Assembly: GCF_023055435.1 (NCBI RefSeq)
Contig: NW_025963802.1
Coordinates: forward strand, 35,774,001-35,838,000
Source of the DNA: Haliotis rufescens
Taxonomy: Eukaryota
Direction: 5' to 3'
Length of the DNA: 64,000 bases
Every line of letters begins with the position of its first letter. Within the stretch, counting starts at the first letter, position 1. Under the pieces are notes generated by a model. That model saw only the letters and a list, made by a program, of their open reading frames with translations. It searched no databases and was not told where the DNA came from. The position numbers and the translations under genes were made by a program. Below, in pieces: positions 11,999 through 24,453 of this stretch.

Positions 11999-12689
11999 CT
12001 CATTTGTGATGACCAAAACGAAATATCAAATTCAAGAAAAGTTTCACACTGCTCTTTACAGCAGCCTTCACAATGACTGTCAACACTCACAAGCATTAGA
12101 ATGGTCCATACTGTGATGGCAGTATCACTGCTGTATTTTATAGATAAAAGTCATTACAAATATAAAAACATATCAGTCTTATGTTATAACTTACATTCTT
12201 GTGGGATCTGACGAGCTATCAAAACTTGTCTCATCAATCACATTTTTTTCAGAATATAACTTGACTGCATTTTATTATGAAATACTGATACTGTGTGTCT
12301 CTTGCCCTGTAAGAGGTTTAAGTGCAAGAGTTTATAATTGCAGACAAATCCATGGTACATTTGTTGGGATCTAACCACAAGCAGGTTCTACTCAGATCTA
12401 CAAGCATCCAGAAGGTTGATAGTACAAGGAGAAGGATGTGTGGATGATATACTCATACACATCTTAATGGAAAAATAGAAACAAGGAAAATGAAATACAA
12501 AACTTAATGAATTTGTTAGTCTTCCAGTACTCATGGCAAAACAGTCAAATGTTACCTTTTTGGAAAATTAAGTACTATTTGATGTTGTCTACACTTTTAA
12601 GCATATTATCTCCTACCCCAATAGGATTAGTCTACACATATACAGTTTAAAGTTACTTGTCATTGTTTATCAGATCTTGTTTATCTATA

Positions 12690-12702
12690 TATAATAATAA
12701 TA

Positions 12703-12740
<38 letters not shown>

Positions 12741-12750
12741 AATAATAATA
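12690..12750. repeat. (AAT)n/(GAT)n microsatellite
   Basis: Read directly from the sequence. Confidence 0.95.
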
Positions 12751-12899
12751 CCGGGTAATAATGATGACGATAAAAATAATCTTTATTATTTTATTATTAT
12801 TATTTATTTTATTATGATACAAATTATCACAGAACACAAATCTTGTAGAGGCAAGAAGTGAGAGCGTCACTGTATTGCATGGTGTACTGTTATCATTAC

Positions 12900-13011
12900 C
12901 TGTTCAACATGTACCAGTTGGATAATTTCTGCTGTGAAGAGTTGGCCGGTGGGTAGTTATGGAGGTCCACAATATGTGGTAGGAAATGTTTCACAACTTC
13001 AGCAACTAGCA
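12900..13011 (-). CDS. SPEF1: SPEF1-A alternative exon 2b (mutually exclusive)
   Basis: (V)LVAEVVKHFLPHIVDLHNYPPANSSQQKLSNWYMLN(R); acceptor tgttttcag, donor AG|gtaatg; 112 nt, phase 1 to 2. Confidence 0.92.
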
Positions 13012-13873
13012 CTGAAAACAAGAGGCAGGGACAGGATGCATAGATGACGATGTAGAGCCTAGAGACAATACAGGTGTCTAGCTGAGTGACAGAACCATGT
13101 ACATGCACACTGGGCAGACACTTCATCCACAAATGGAGAATTTGTTTTATTGAAATCAGTTTGCTTATAATAGTAATATACAACTGAAATAATAGCCTTT
13201 CTTACTTATTACTAGCTTCTAAAAAGGAATTTATCTAAGATTGATTAATTCCTGCTAAATATTGAGAAAGTTGTTTTTGCTTCATACCTTTTGGTGGAGA
13301 GTCGGGATTTATGTTTGAAAATTACTTAATGCAAACACAATTCAATACTTTCTGTACAAACGAAACAGAGAATGTGTCAAACATGTTAACAAAGGATAAC
13401 AAAAATCATCCATTTCCCAAACAAAATTGTCCACATTATGATGAAAAAAAATAATTAAACAACTGGTCTAAAGCCACTAAGGCTCTGGAGATGAAAAATG
13501 TCTTCATGAAACGAAACATCAGGTTTCAGTGCCTACCCACATATTTGCCACTTTAGGAGCTGAACAAGGCTGAAATAATATCCAGTTGTTGTCATACTTA
13601 CAATTAATAATTTATCAGTTTTGGACGATAAGGTTTAACATTACACTCTAGCAGATCACGTTTCAAAGGAGAATAGCAATATTCAGTAAGCTCCATATCT
13701 GAAAGAACACAGCTATGTTTCCAGTTCTATAATGGCCCCGACGGGGTGGAAGTGGTAGTCAATAATTTAATCTGAAGTCTGCACCAATAGATCATGTAAT
13801 GGCTCTCTCACTCATCACAGAAATTGACAGTCGAGCAACACACAGACTTGGCTATAAATATATTTACACAGTC

Positions 13874-13945
13874 CAACTCACCTGACTGCATCACTCTGCA
13901 ACTCACCTGACTACATCACTCTGCATCTCACCTGACTACATCACT
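13874..13945. repeat. 25-bp tandem repeat, 3 copies
   Basis: Unit caactcacctgact(g/a)catcactctg. Confidence 0.9.
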
Positions 13946-14486
13946 ACATTGATAACATCGGCGAGCACATGCTCATACTTCTTGCATCAACAGCTATGAC
14001 AGACAATGGTTCAGTCGCACAAAGTGAACTTAGCACAAACAAGTCTTGAAGACTTATTCTACACTTTATCAGGGATGCCAATTGGCACTAGTCTCCAGCC
14101 CTAGTCAATTGTCTAATGTTAAAGAATCCTGAGGGATTTTAGAATTGCAGGCTTTTTAGAGAGGGGTTGTTGAAACTCAGTAGCACTGCCCTGTTCCACA
14201 AAGTGATCTTAGTGCAAATCTATAGTGAGTCCATACTAAAGTTCAGAAGATATGACATAACCTTAGCGCTAAGATCACTTTGTGGCGCTGGCAAAAGCAA
14301 CATAGAATAATTGATAAGGTCACTTTGTGGTTCTGTCACCATACATGCCTGATTCAGTGTATCATATACTGGTGCATAGACAAGCAACTACAGAAGTACT
14401 ACAGCTGACTACATGCATACAGCTGCCACTGCATCCTGCCAACAGATGGCGCTATTATGGAACTAGAAGCAAGTGGTCCGCGGTAC

Positions 14487-14598
14487 CTATTGAGCAAATT
14501 CCAGTTCTCCAGTTTCTGCCTCATGTTGTTTGCGGGGACATAATTGTGGATCTGCACGGCCCAGGGAAAGAAGTGCTTTACGACCTCTGCCACCAGAA
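14487..14598 (-). CDS. SPEF1: SPEF1-A alternative exon 2a (mutually exclusive)
   Basis: (V)LVAEVVKHFFPWAVQIHNYVPANNMRQKLENWNLLN(R); acceptor gtgtcatag, donor AG|gtaccg; 112 nt, phase 1 to 2. Confidence 0.82.
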
Positions 14599-15488
14599 CT
14601 ATGACACGTAATAAACCGATTACTACAGACCCTTAAATCTGGATATAACAAGGTCAAGGCAAAGTTATAATCACTGCTTTTAATGTGATGTCCAGGTCTA
14701 TGAATTTAGCCAAAAATAATAATAATGCGCATATTTATAATGTACCAAATCTACATCATTGAGCATGCTCAAATCGCTACATTAATACCCCGGTCTATGG
14801 ATCAGTGCACTCATTTTTCATTTTCAGCTCCCTGGGGATAAAATCTAGTAAGCAAGGTAAAAATAAGTTTGGCTAAAGTAAGCTTAACTTATTCAAAGCA
14901 AAATGTGCAAAATAATAAAGTCTGGACCAGACAAACCAGTGAGCGATATTATGGGCAATGTCCCAGGCATCTGGGCATACACATTAAGAAATATTTCATT
15001 CATTCAAATTAAATCAGTGTTAGGGCTTATGTGTTGTGTGATTCATCAATGGCATACATCATATACGTATCCAATACATAAAATAAACACTGTTGATTTC
15101 ACTGATGACAGAACCTGTGTGTACTCATCATGATGTATTCATATTTTGTACACCTCACCATTCAACTGAACATGTTCTAATATACTCAACATAAACTGTG
15201 AGCAGTATTTCAGTGACCAATATCACTGCGTGTCACTTCATTGTCAGCTTATTTCGAGGAATGCCCAACATGCTCATAGAGGCTCAGGTCAAATGAGTTT
15301 GATGTCAGATGAGTCCGACTGTCACAGACACAGACACTGTCTTGACTATGGGAACCCATTGCGACTCCCGGCTTGAGCAATGCATCAGTTTCAACATAAC
15401 CTGATTGACTTCTACATCTTCAACATTATTCTAACAGAAATTCAGATGTCATGTTCTCAAGTTTGAATATATTGAAACTTTTTAATAC

Positions 15489-15615
15489 CTCCATCAGAGA
15501 AATCTCTGTTCATGTTTCGTTTTGGTCGTGACAATTGTATCTCATCAATCCATGTGTACAGTTCTTCAAGTTGAGCCTCGTCCAATTCTTCCATTTCACT
15601 CTCACTCTGAGGCAT
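15489..15615 (-). CDS. SPEF1: SPEF1-A coding exon 1
   Basis: MPQSESEMEELDEAQLEELYTWIDEIQLSRPKRNMNRDFSDG plus 1 nt; donor G|gtatta. Confidence 0.92.
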
Positions 15616-17561
15616 TTTAGCCCTTCCACGTCCTCCTTTGATTGAATCCAGAGTTTGCAAGATCAAAATAAAATTCTAACTATTAAACCCAACATAAAAC
15701 AATAACCGAGAATACTGTATCACTATGATAACTCGGTGTCAAATAGTTTACATTGTTGTCAGTCGATACCGTATCCCACAAGGCAACGTAAACCGGAACT
15801 TCTATTTACCAACAGCAAATGACGGTTCTTGAACAATATTACACGCTAACAGTAACCGAACAAATACATGATTGTCTCCCCTGAATGGGGAAGAGCTTGG
15901 CATCCAACCAAGGTCTTATTTTTAACAAACCTTTTTTATGACACTGCATTCTAATTATTATTTTCAGTTTTTTACTACTTATTCAAGCCATTTTCTTCTC
16001 TCAATAGATTTTTGTGACAAAGCAAAGTAGTCCATAAATATGCGAGATTGTATATTATTGGACTGTTGACAAAGCTGAGTCAAAAATATATATTTCTTTC
16101 TGTTCACCAAATTTTGGTTGTATTTAATCACTACTGTAAACACATCTGAGTTTCCCACATGGACTTAATTACAAGATGGATGAATGCATTGGTCACAGTT
16201 AGCCAAGTCTCTCATTGCACACAAACCACCAATCAGGAAGTCATGGCATGGGCTCATCCCCAGGTGATGGTAATCCAAGCATAAAGTTTCTCAGTCGGCT
16301 TATATATAACACATATTTATCTAAAGGAAAAGAAGTGGAAAGTGATGTGAAATCAATTTTTCTCCTACCTGTAATTTCCAAAAGTATTTCTCTTCCACAA
16401 GTGTCATTTAATGGGGCAGCTGAGTTTAGCATCATTTCATTCAAATCCAAAACAAACCTACAGTAACAAATGCATCCAGGCTATTTTGTTTATCATAACA
16501 GAAAGATAACCTTTGCTAAGGCTGCCTACATGTCAACTGTTTTATAAGGCAACTCTAATTTTATTTCTATTTATGGAATTCGGCCAAAAGCCACAATCAG
16601 GAAAGATAATAAGAATAGTTTAAATTTAGTTTCATTTGACATACTCCTTCCCCTTTGATGGGTTAGAAAAATAAAAAGATACAACTACAAAATCATAACA
16701 ACTATTTAAATAATATAATTGATGAAATGTTTTGAATGTAATCTCTGGACACTGCAACCCCCAAAAATCTTCTTGTAAGTAAATATATTTTAATGATATA
16801 AAAATATTAAACATTCTGCATTTAAACAGCATTAACATTTAGTTACATTTTATCACTAAACTGACAGACACAAACAACTTTATGCCAATATAAATTTGGA
16901 AAATATTGAGCTAATCCTATTTTTTTATATTTTTGACCAGCCTAAGCAAATTGGTTATAAAAAATCTGTAAATCATCAGAGTGTGATCTTCGTTTGTTAT
17001 GTCAGTGAAGAAGGATTGATACTTTGACAAGCGACAACAAACCAGGTGATGCGAGTCAGAGATTTTATTAAACGATGTCAAGTGTCTGTACACAGGGGAA
17101 AGTGTTGTAGGGTGAGAGGGGAATATATTTTTCTTCAAAAACTGTCAAAAGACATGTAATGCATATTATTTATCAGGTGACCTTGCCATTCCTATTTATG
17201 TGCCCCTCTGTGTCAAATTGCACAGTCGATTGAATGAAATGAATGCAGCAGTTACAGTATTCAAGCTATGTCAAGGCAGAACCCTAGAATAACCAAAGGG
17301 GCAATTGGTAAATCAATATCATATCTTCAGAATATTCTATTTTTTAATGACTATCACAAGAAGTTTGTGCTTGTTTTTCACAACCTACATTGACACTCTG
17401 ATGAAGAACGCCTGTTGGCCGACCCCATTATACACCTAGAAAAATGTTAAGCATATCTCAAACATTTGTGTATGGTTTACAAATATATAAATATGACCCC
17501 CATTTCATTTTGACAAATGTCCATCATGCTATCGACAACTCATGGGCAGTTTGGACAAGAT

Positions 17562-18112
17562 TGAGTGAGTGGGTGAGTTGGCTTTAACGCTGCATAGAAC
17601 AATATTACGGTTATATCACGGCATGTTAGCTTAACGTGGGAGGAAAGCCTCAAGTGTTACAGGTCTCTGACGTTTACCACTTTGGTGAAACCCACCAGCA
17701 CGGGTATGGTGCTGACAGACCTAGAAACCTTATCAGGGTGAACCAGGCCTTAAATCCACAATCATAGGTTTCTGGAGAGGTGAGGTGCTTGTACTAGTCC
17801 GGACAGATGCCGATTTATAGTGCTAGCCCAATGAGATACCATGCTGCAGTGTAACATGAATACCCCACTCAGACACAGTATACTGACCAGTCCTTGTTTT
17901 AGCCCCTTAGTGCCCAGCGACAGACAGTTAACAACAAGTACCATCTTTTGACGTCTTTTGGTATGACGCGGCCGGGGTTCTAACCCACAACCTCCCGCTC
18001 TCCAGGCGGACGCTCTACCACTAGACCACGGAGGCGGTCATAGGTTTCTGGTGTACCCAAGGGATGCAACTCTGCACAGAGCCGCCTTGGACGACTGGGC
18101 CACCCGTGTCCC
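17562..18112 (-). mobile_element. SINE family C interrupted by a SINE family D insertion (about 17776-18037)
   Basis: TSD tcataggtttctgg at 17762-17775 and 18038-18051. Confidence 0.88.
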
Positions 18113-18478
18113 AATTTCAAAGGCAGATCCAGCATTTTTACTGAGTGAGTGGTCCAAAAAATCAAAATCCTCTCTGAGTTAATTTTACTGCCTACAATAT
18201 ACAACTAATACACCATACCTGTGCTTGTGGGTTTCACCAAAGTGTAAACGTCTGAGACCTGCATCTCTTCGGGCTTTCCCCCAACATTAAGCTGACACGC
18301 CGTGATATGACTAGAATACTGTTAAACCCAACTCACTCACTCATGTCTGGCGAGCTTCATCCCCTTATGCAGTAGTACTACACAGCAGTATGCTGGTGAC
18401 AAGGAGATCCCCGACTACTGGAGCAGCTGTAAGCCCTACTGGCAAACTCCATTAACAGTGTAAATGACCCAAAATGGG

Positions 18479-18583
18479 TCTATGGGTGACGTGTCTTTCT
18501 CTATGGGTGACGTGTCTTTCTCTATGGGTGACGCGTCTTTCTCAATGGGTGACACGTCTTTGTCTATGGGTGACATGTCTTTC
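18479..18583. repeat. 21-bp tandem repeat, 5 copies
   Basis: Unit tctatgggtgacgtgtctttc. Confidence 0.9.
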
Positions 18584-20838
18584 ACTAATTCGAACTCAGT
18601 CTTGATAAGTATCTTTTAGATAATCTTGCAAAGTTTCACTGATGTAACTTCAGTAGTTTCTGAGAAATCTTGATCCCGTTGCACACACTATGCACTAAGT
18701 TAAAAAGCACGGACCAAGGGCCATAACTCTGTTAAAAATGAATTTAAGACACCAATTTTGGAACCCATTTACGATCATGACCAGCAATATTGATGTGTAA
18801 AATTTTATTTCTCTGACCTAAATAGATTTTGAGAAAATGGTCTCCTTCGAGAAACTGACAGATTCCCTCGCTGTTCCTATATCCCTCGCCTAAATTCGTG
18901 GCGAGGGATAAAAATGGATTTTTTCAACCCTCTTATGGGTTTTTGAATGACACCACTGCAAACAAATATGAAGGACACATAAAATATACAATGTTTATTT
19001 GGTCAGAAAGTCATTGCTAACAATGAGTACATACATAGGTACAGGATATCACAGAAATGGGTACACAGAATGACAACGATGCTAAACACCATGTAACTCT
19101 GTAAAACAGTGCAATATGGCACAATTTTATCACAATTGAGTTAATGTGAAATAGATCTTGGTCCATTGTTACATTAGGCTGATATGAATCAATTGTCAGA
19201 TTATTATTCAAATATTTCCTTGAAAAGTGAGCAGGGAGTCAATTTATGTTTTAATGTATTTCTAAGAAAGACTGTTTGTTTGTTTGTTTGTTGTTTAACG
19301 AAGCACTCTGCATATATTCCAGCTGTATGATAACAGGCAGTAAATCAGACATTCAGTCCATGATATTGAGCGATGATCCATGCTGACCACCCGATCCACT
19401 AAGTTGCTTCTTGCAACACGCCCAGGGGCTTCAAACAAACAACAAGATGAGGTAATAGGTAATTTTGGCTAACATTTACCTTGAAACTGAGTCCAACAAA
19501 TTGAAATCATGAATACATGACACAATTTTTTTTCTTTGTCACAACGTTTCAGTGCTACTACTTGCTCCTCCATCAGGTTAATGCTGGGCAAATGCATAGA
19601 GTTTATATATATCAAAGACTTAAATTAAAATCACAAGTTGGGTGGGTGGTGCTCAGAGTGAATGAGGACAATAATGTGTTTATTAACTTAAACTACACTA
19701 TGTCATAGTGCATATATCATATCTATTTGTGCATGTCAATACAGCTTGTGATGGTCTAGATAGACACAAATCTAGATATAAATACTTCATCCATTAGTTG
19801 TTAATGAATGAATACCAACTACACACTATTTCTTGTTATATTCATGGTTTTAGGCTTGGGGAAGAAACTCATACTAGACTCATAATGTAATGATCCCACT
19901 TGGTAGAAAGCCTAACAATGTGTTAAGAGCACTACATTTCAAAAGATCCCCATATCAAATTGCAGTTCTTTGTTGGACTAACATTGATTTATGTTAAACT
20001 GAACTGAACAAACTATCCAAAACTCAATTAAAGAAAAGGCCAATGAAACAACAATTTTACACAGAAAACTAAATATTAAAACATATTTCACTCAGTAAAA
20101 ACAAACAACAACTAACAAATGCTGGTACATCTACCTTTATAAGTGTAACTGAACTAACATATTCAAAATCAATTTACTAGATACTTTGATTTATTTTGCT
20201 CAATGACACAATAACTAACGCATGGTAGTAAAAATTTGAACTTACAAAAAGTGACATTATTAGTCAAACTCTTTATACTCCTTCCATGATTTGAATTCAT
20301 AACACTTTTGTCGCAGAATACTTTAGTACATACAAAACAGTGACCAGTTCACATGCTTGATAACACAAACAGCATTGGCTTCAAACACATGTTTAAAAAG
20401 TGTTTAAAAAATCTCATGACAAATATATCTTTGAGTAAATTCTTTCAAGAATGTAGTATTGATCCATACGGTGATAATTCTACTTCAAATATCATAATTG
20501 TTTTAAAAAATCAGAACAAAAAGTACAAATACATTAGAATAACAACATATATCAAAGGCAGCTCATGATTGTTGCGTAGTAAGACTGGAGTCCACAGTTC
20601 ACAAGTAAATATGTTAATTTATCCATTGAAGCAAACAGTATACTGTTCTGTTAACAACATATAAATATCTTCACTTCCAGTTCAATTTATCCTTCAAATA
20701 TCACTTCTCAGTTACTGCTCCCTGTTCCTGAGTCTCCCCAGGACACCTCCCCACACAGAATGACCTCCCCTCCCCCTCCCCCTCCCCCTTGTCTCCTGGC
20801 TGACAGGTGTCCTGGGGAGCGGCAAGCAGTCGTCAGGA

Positions 20839-20967
20839 CTACATTCTTCCTGTGTGCTGACCCAACTGTGCTTGCTGTAGATTACTAAGACGAACTTCTA
20901 AATCTTCAATTCTCACATCTTTTAAACTTAATAAATGCTCCATGCGACGTATCTTTGCATTCATAAT
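20839..20967 (-). CDS. SPEF1: SPEF1-B last coding exon
   Basis: IMNAKIRRMEHLLSLKDVRIEDLEVRLSNLQQAQLGQHTGRM*; acceptor tctctgtttcaatccag. Confidence 0.9.
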   Translation of the reverse strand: MMNAKIRRMEHLLSLKDVRIEDLEVRLSNLQQAQLGQHTGRM

Positions 20968-21324
20968 CTGGATTGAAACAGAGAAGGCAGTCATTAGTAT
21001 TGATGATCATAAGTACTCTATTAATAGACTGAAACATATTTTTTACCTGTTTTTTTTTCAGTTGCACAGTTGGAGATAAAGGTGCATAGACACCATTTTA
21101 AAGACCACTATACAACTGAAGCATTAACAGATAAAACTATTGTTACACAGTAAATATTCATAACATACATGCACAAATGTTTCAGAGTCTTCATGAAGTA
21201 TTCAGAATTAGGTTAACTATTCAAAATTCATATTTCAAAGAATCTATACATTCACAGTCAGATCGGAGAAAGAACATTTTTCGAATCATACTAAAAGGCT
21301 GAAATGTTTAATAAAACTTCTTAA

Positions 21325-22175
21325 AGGTGAGGTGAAATGGGGTTAACGTCGCATCCAAGGTTATTATATAGTGACGTGCATGCACTTTTGTGTGTGTGTC
21401 TGATTCTACTAGTCTGGACTAATGCTGGTTTTATAGTACTAGCCAACTGAGATACCATGCCTCACGTATAACATGAATATCCCACTCAGACACAGTTCAC
21501 TGATTCTGAGCTGACTAGTCCTTGTTTATCCCCTTAATGCCGAGCGCCAGGCCTGATAACAACTAGTACCATCTTTAAAAGTCTTTTCATATGGCACGGC
21601 CTGGAATCGAATCACAACCATCAGCTTTCTGGGCAAACACTCTATCCACTAGACCACTGCTGCTCTCTGGGCAGATGCTCTATCCACTAGACCACAGAGA
21701 CAGTCTTGGCAGACACACTATCTGCTAGACCACAGAGACAGTCTTGGCAGACACACTATCTGCTAGACCACAGAGACAGTCTTGGCAGATACACTATCTG
21801 CTAGACCACAGAGACAGTCTTGGCAGATGCTCTATCCACTAGACCACAGAGACAGTCTTGGCAGACACACTATCTGCTAGACCACAGAGACAGTCTTGGC
21901 AGATGCTCTATCCACTAGACCACAGAAGCAGATGCTCCATCTACTAGACCAAGGTGGTCTGGACAGAGGCTCTTTCTACTAGACCACTACTGCTCTCTGG
22001 GCAGACGCTCCATCCACTAAACCACTAAGGTGGTCTTGGCAGACACTCTATCCACTAAACCACTAAGGTGGTCTTGGCAGACACTCCATCCACTCGACCA
22101 CAGAGGTAGACGCTCCATCTACTAGACCAAAAAGGCAGTCTGGGCAGACGCTCTATCTACTAGACCACAGAGGCG
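21325..22175 (-). mobile_element. SINE family D whose tRNA head is amplified into an about 39-bp tandem array (about 21640-22175)
   Basis: Body and tail match 3164-3445; repeats of ggcagacgctctatccactagaccacagag equal the SINE 5' end. Confidence 0.8.
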
Positions 22176-22290
22176 TTCCTTTTCATAAATGCATTATGCA
22201 TGTTATGGTCATATCTGTTATGTGTATGTTTTCACAATGTTGCAGAGATTCCTCAACATACTACAGCTTCCAACCAGGACCATGTATCAC

Positions 22291-22399
22291 CTGAATTGTT
22301 TCTTCCTTTGCAACTGCCTCTTGTTGTTTCTCCTCCACCAGCGCACGCGGTACATTGTCCATCACTGGAGCAATCAGAGGCTTGTTAGACGTGTAAGAT
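22291..22399 (-). CDS. SPEF1: SPEF1-B exon 5
   Basis: SYTSNKPLIAPVMDNVPRALVEEKQQEAVAKEETIQ; acceptor acttgcag, donor CAG|gtgata. Confidence 0.88.
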
Positions 22400-22629
22400 C
22401 TGCAAGTAGGACACATCACACATGAGAAACAGCTTCCCGTTTACAAACAATCACCAGAGGACAACATGGCCACTGGGTACAGAGATAGGAGGAATGGTTA
22501 TTTATTATAGGAGAGGGGGGTGGTGACAATCAATGTTTTCCTGAAAAAATGACACAGTGAAAGGTGGGGGTCCCCCATATGTATGAAGCATCTATGCTGG
22601 GGCAGCATTTTCAAATACTATAAAATATA

Positions 22630-24289
22630 TACACAAAGAAAAAAGTTGAGCACCCCTGGAATAATTAATATGGAAATATCACAGGAACTCGTTATTGGTC
22701 AGTAAATAAAAATATATACCCCCTATATGTAAGTAGAGAATTTTTACATATAGGGGGTATATATTTATATTTACTGACAAATAATGAGTTCCTGTGTGAA
22801 ATATCCCCCCATTCACAACTACTGCAAATTTCATGATGAATATGTCAAGATTGGTGTTCTGTTGAAATGATTGGACAATACAATGGCAACTGTGACGTCG
22901 CATCAAAGCAACTGCAACATGCCATACATGCTTTTTTCACAATGCAATATCTGTACACAACAATTATGGGAATATAACGTCACTGTCTTGCATTGTTGAA
23001 ACATTATGTGTGAACATGGCACGAAGAAGGTTATCAGAGGCACAAAGATGCCATATTACTGGTATGCATTCATCAGGCATGACCTACAAAGCATAGGACG
23101 TCAACTAGGAAGCATAATACCGCAATCAATAGACTGGAACAAGATCATGGGTAAACCAATGCTGTACAGGATCTCCCACGTCAGGACATGGCTGGTACGT
23201 CATCAACCATTTGCAACATCTCCTTTTCTGAGGCGCCAATGGTTACCCAATAGATGGATTTCAACCAGAACAGAGGGGAATCGACTGAAATCAAAGGGAA
23301 TGAAGTCCAGAAGGGTAATCAAGCGTCCCTTTCTTGAGGATCATCACCAAAGAATTTGTTAAGCATGGTGTTTGGCCCGGGGAGCTTGGAATCTGAGGAC
23401 TTGGCAAAGAGTCCATTGGTCAGATGAGAGCAGGTTCCTGCACCATGTCACCGATGGCAGTTTGAGAGTTGGAGGCATACAAATATGGCCTACACACCCA
23501 AGAACATGAGACCTATGACCCCATATGGTTAGGTAATGGCTTGGGGTTGCCTGTCACACGATTGTGAGCTGGATCTTGTCACCATCCAAGGCAAACTCAA
23601 TGGTGATCGGTACACTTGTAACGTCTACAACCAGTTGTTGTGCCACATTTGGACTCGTCACCCGACCTGTGTACTTGGATGACAACACTAGGCCACATCG
23701 TTCCTGAGGACAAACAGCTTTTCTCCAGAATGACGCTGTGGCAACACTGCCATGAGTCGGGACCTGAATCCACTTAAGCAGATTAGGGACATCTTGGGGA
23801 ATTTGAGTACATTGACCGGACCCACCGGTACAGACTCTGGCACAATTGAAGGCCGTTTTTCAACGTGAATGGCCGCAGTTGCCCCTTCAGCAGATCAGAT
23901 GATATACTGGAGGGATGAAACGAAGGCTGGAATCTGTCATCCAGGCACATGGCGGGATTACCTGCTATTGATGATTTGTGTCATGAATGTCATCTTTGGA
24001 CAGAAAGGGACATTTTTCATCATCAATCATGATGTGGAATTGTGTTCCTAACTCTACACCTCCATAAGTATTATGGCTACTGTTTTTGCACAAATTCAAT
24101 GCCTCAGAGTTTTTGTTAGAATCATGATTAAAATCTAAAAACAGGATAAACTTTCTATGTTGGCCTATTGTCAGAGGTGTCTTCTTGCAACCACATTTGT
24201 TTTTCTGAGGTTATGTCATCAGGGTTTTAAACGCTCTTCACCAGTCATTATCACATATACAGGGAGTGCTTAACTTTTTTCTTTGTGTA
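22630..24289 (+). mobile_element. Decayed Tc1/mariner transposon
   Basis: TIR (ta)cacaaagaaaaaagttgagcacccctg / cagggagtgcttaacttttttctttgtg(ta); broken transposase motifs VHWSDESRF (about 23412), DDNTRPHR (about 23678), DLNPL (23761). Confidence 0.88.
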
Positions 24290-24453
24290 TTTAAATGGAG
24301 TGTACCAGTAGTTCTCTGGCAAATTTCAAAATGTCTAGTTTTGCAAATGAAAGTATCTTTGAACTTATACTTTTGATCTACTGACAATCAAATTCTGGAA
24401 CTAGAAACAACAAAACACACTATAATTGAGTGACTCATTGGAAAAAAACATAC

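Larger units (their letters stand above)
4984..15615 (-). other. SPEF1: Gene model, SPEF1/CLAMP paralog A: join(15489-15615, [14487-14598 OR 12900-13011], 7802-8016, 7151-7229, 5859-5955, 4984-5094), 246 aa
   Basis: All introns are GT-AG with compatible phases (1,2,1,2,0). Translation gives the SPEF1 CH domain (LYTWIDEIQLSRPKRNMNRDFSDGVLVAEVVKHF..HNY.PAN...QKL.NW..LNRKVF) and the C-terminal coiled coil (LLEEKEQECLAKDETIQILQAKVRRLEHLIHLKDIRIDDL). Confidence 0.93.

Noticed and set aside
11283-12116. Pro/Ser-rich extensin-like ORFs
   Set aside because: Translations of an intronic minisatellite with frequent frame-changing indels.
12685-12870. Poly-His/Tyr ORF
   Set aside because: Microsatellite.
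16241-16457. Possible terminal exon (..LDLNEMMLNSAAPL..DEPMP*)
   Set aside because: No recognisable homology or partner exons; BLASTX or RNA-seq would be needed.
17398-17430. ctgatga as a hammerhead core
   Set aside because: No helix II or GAAA follows.
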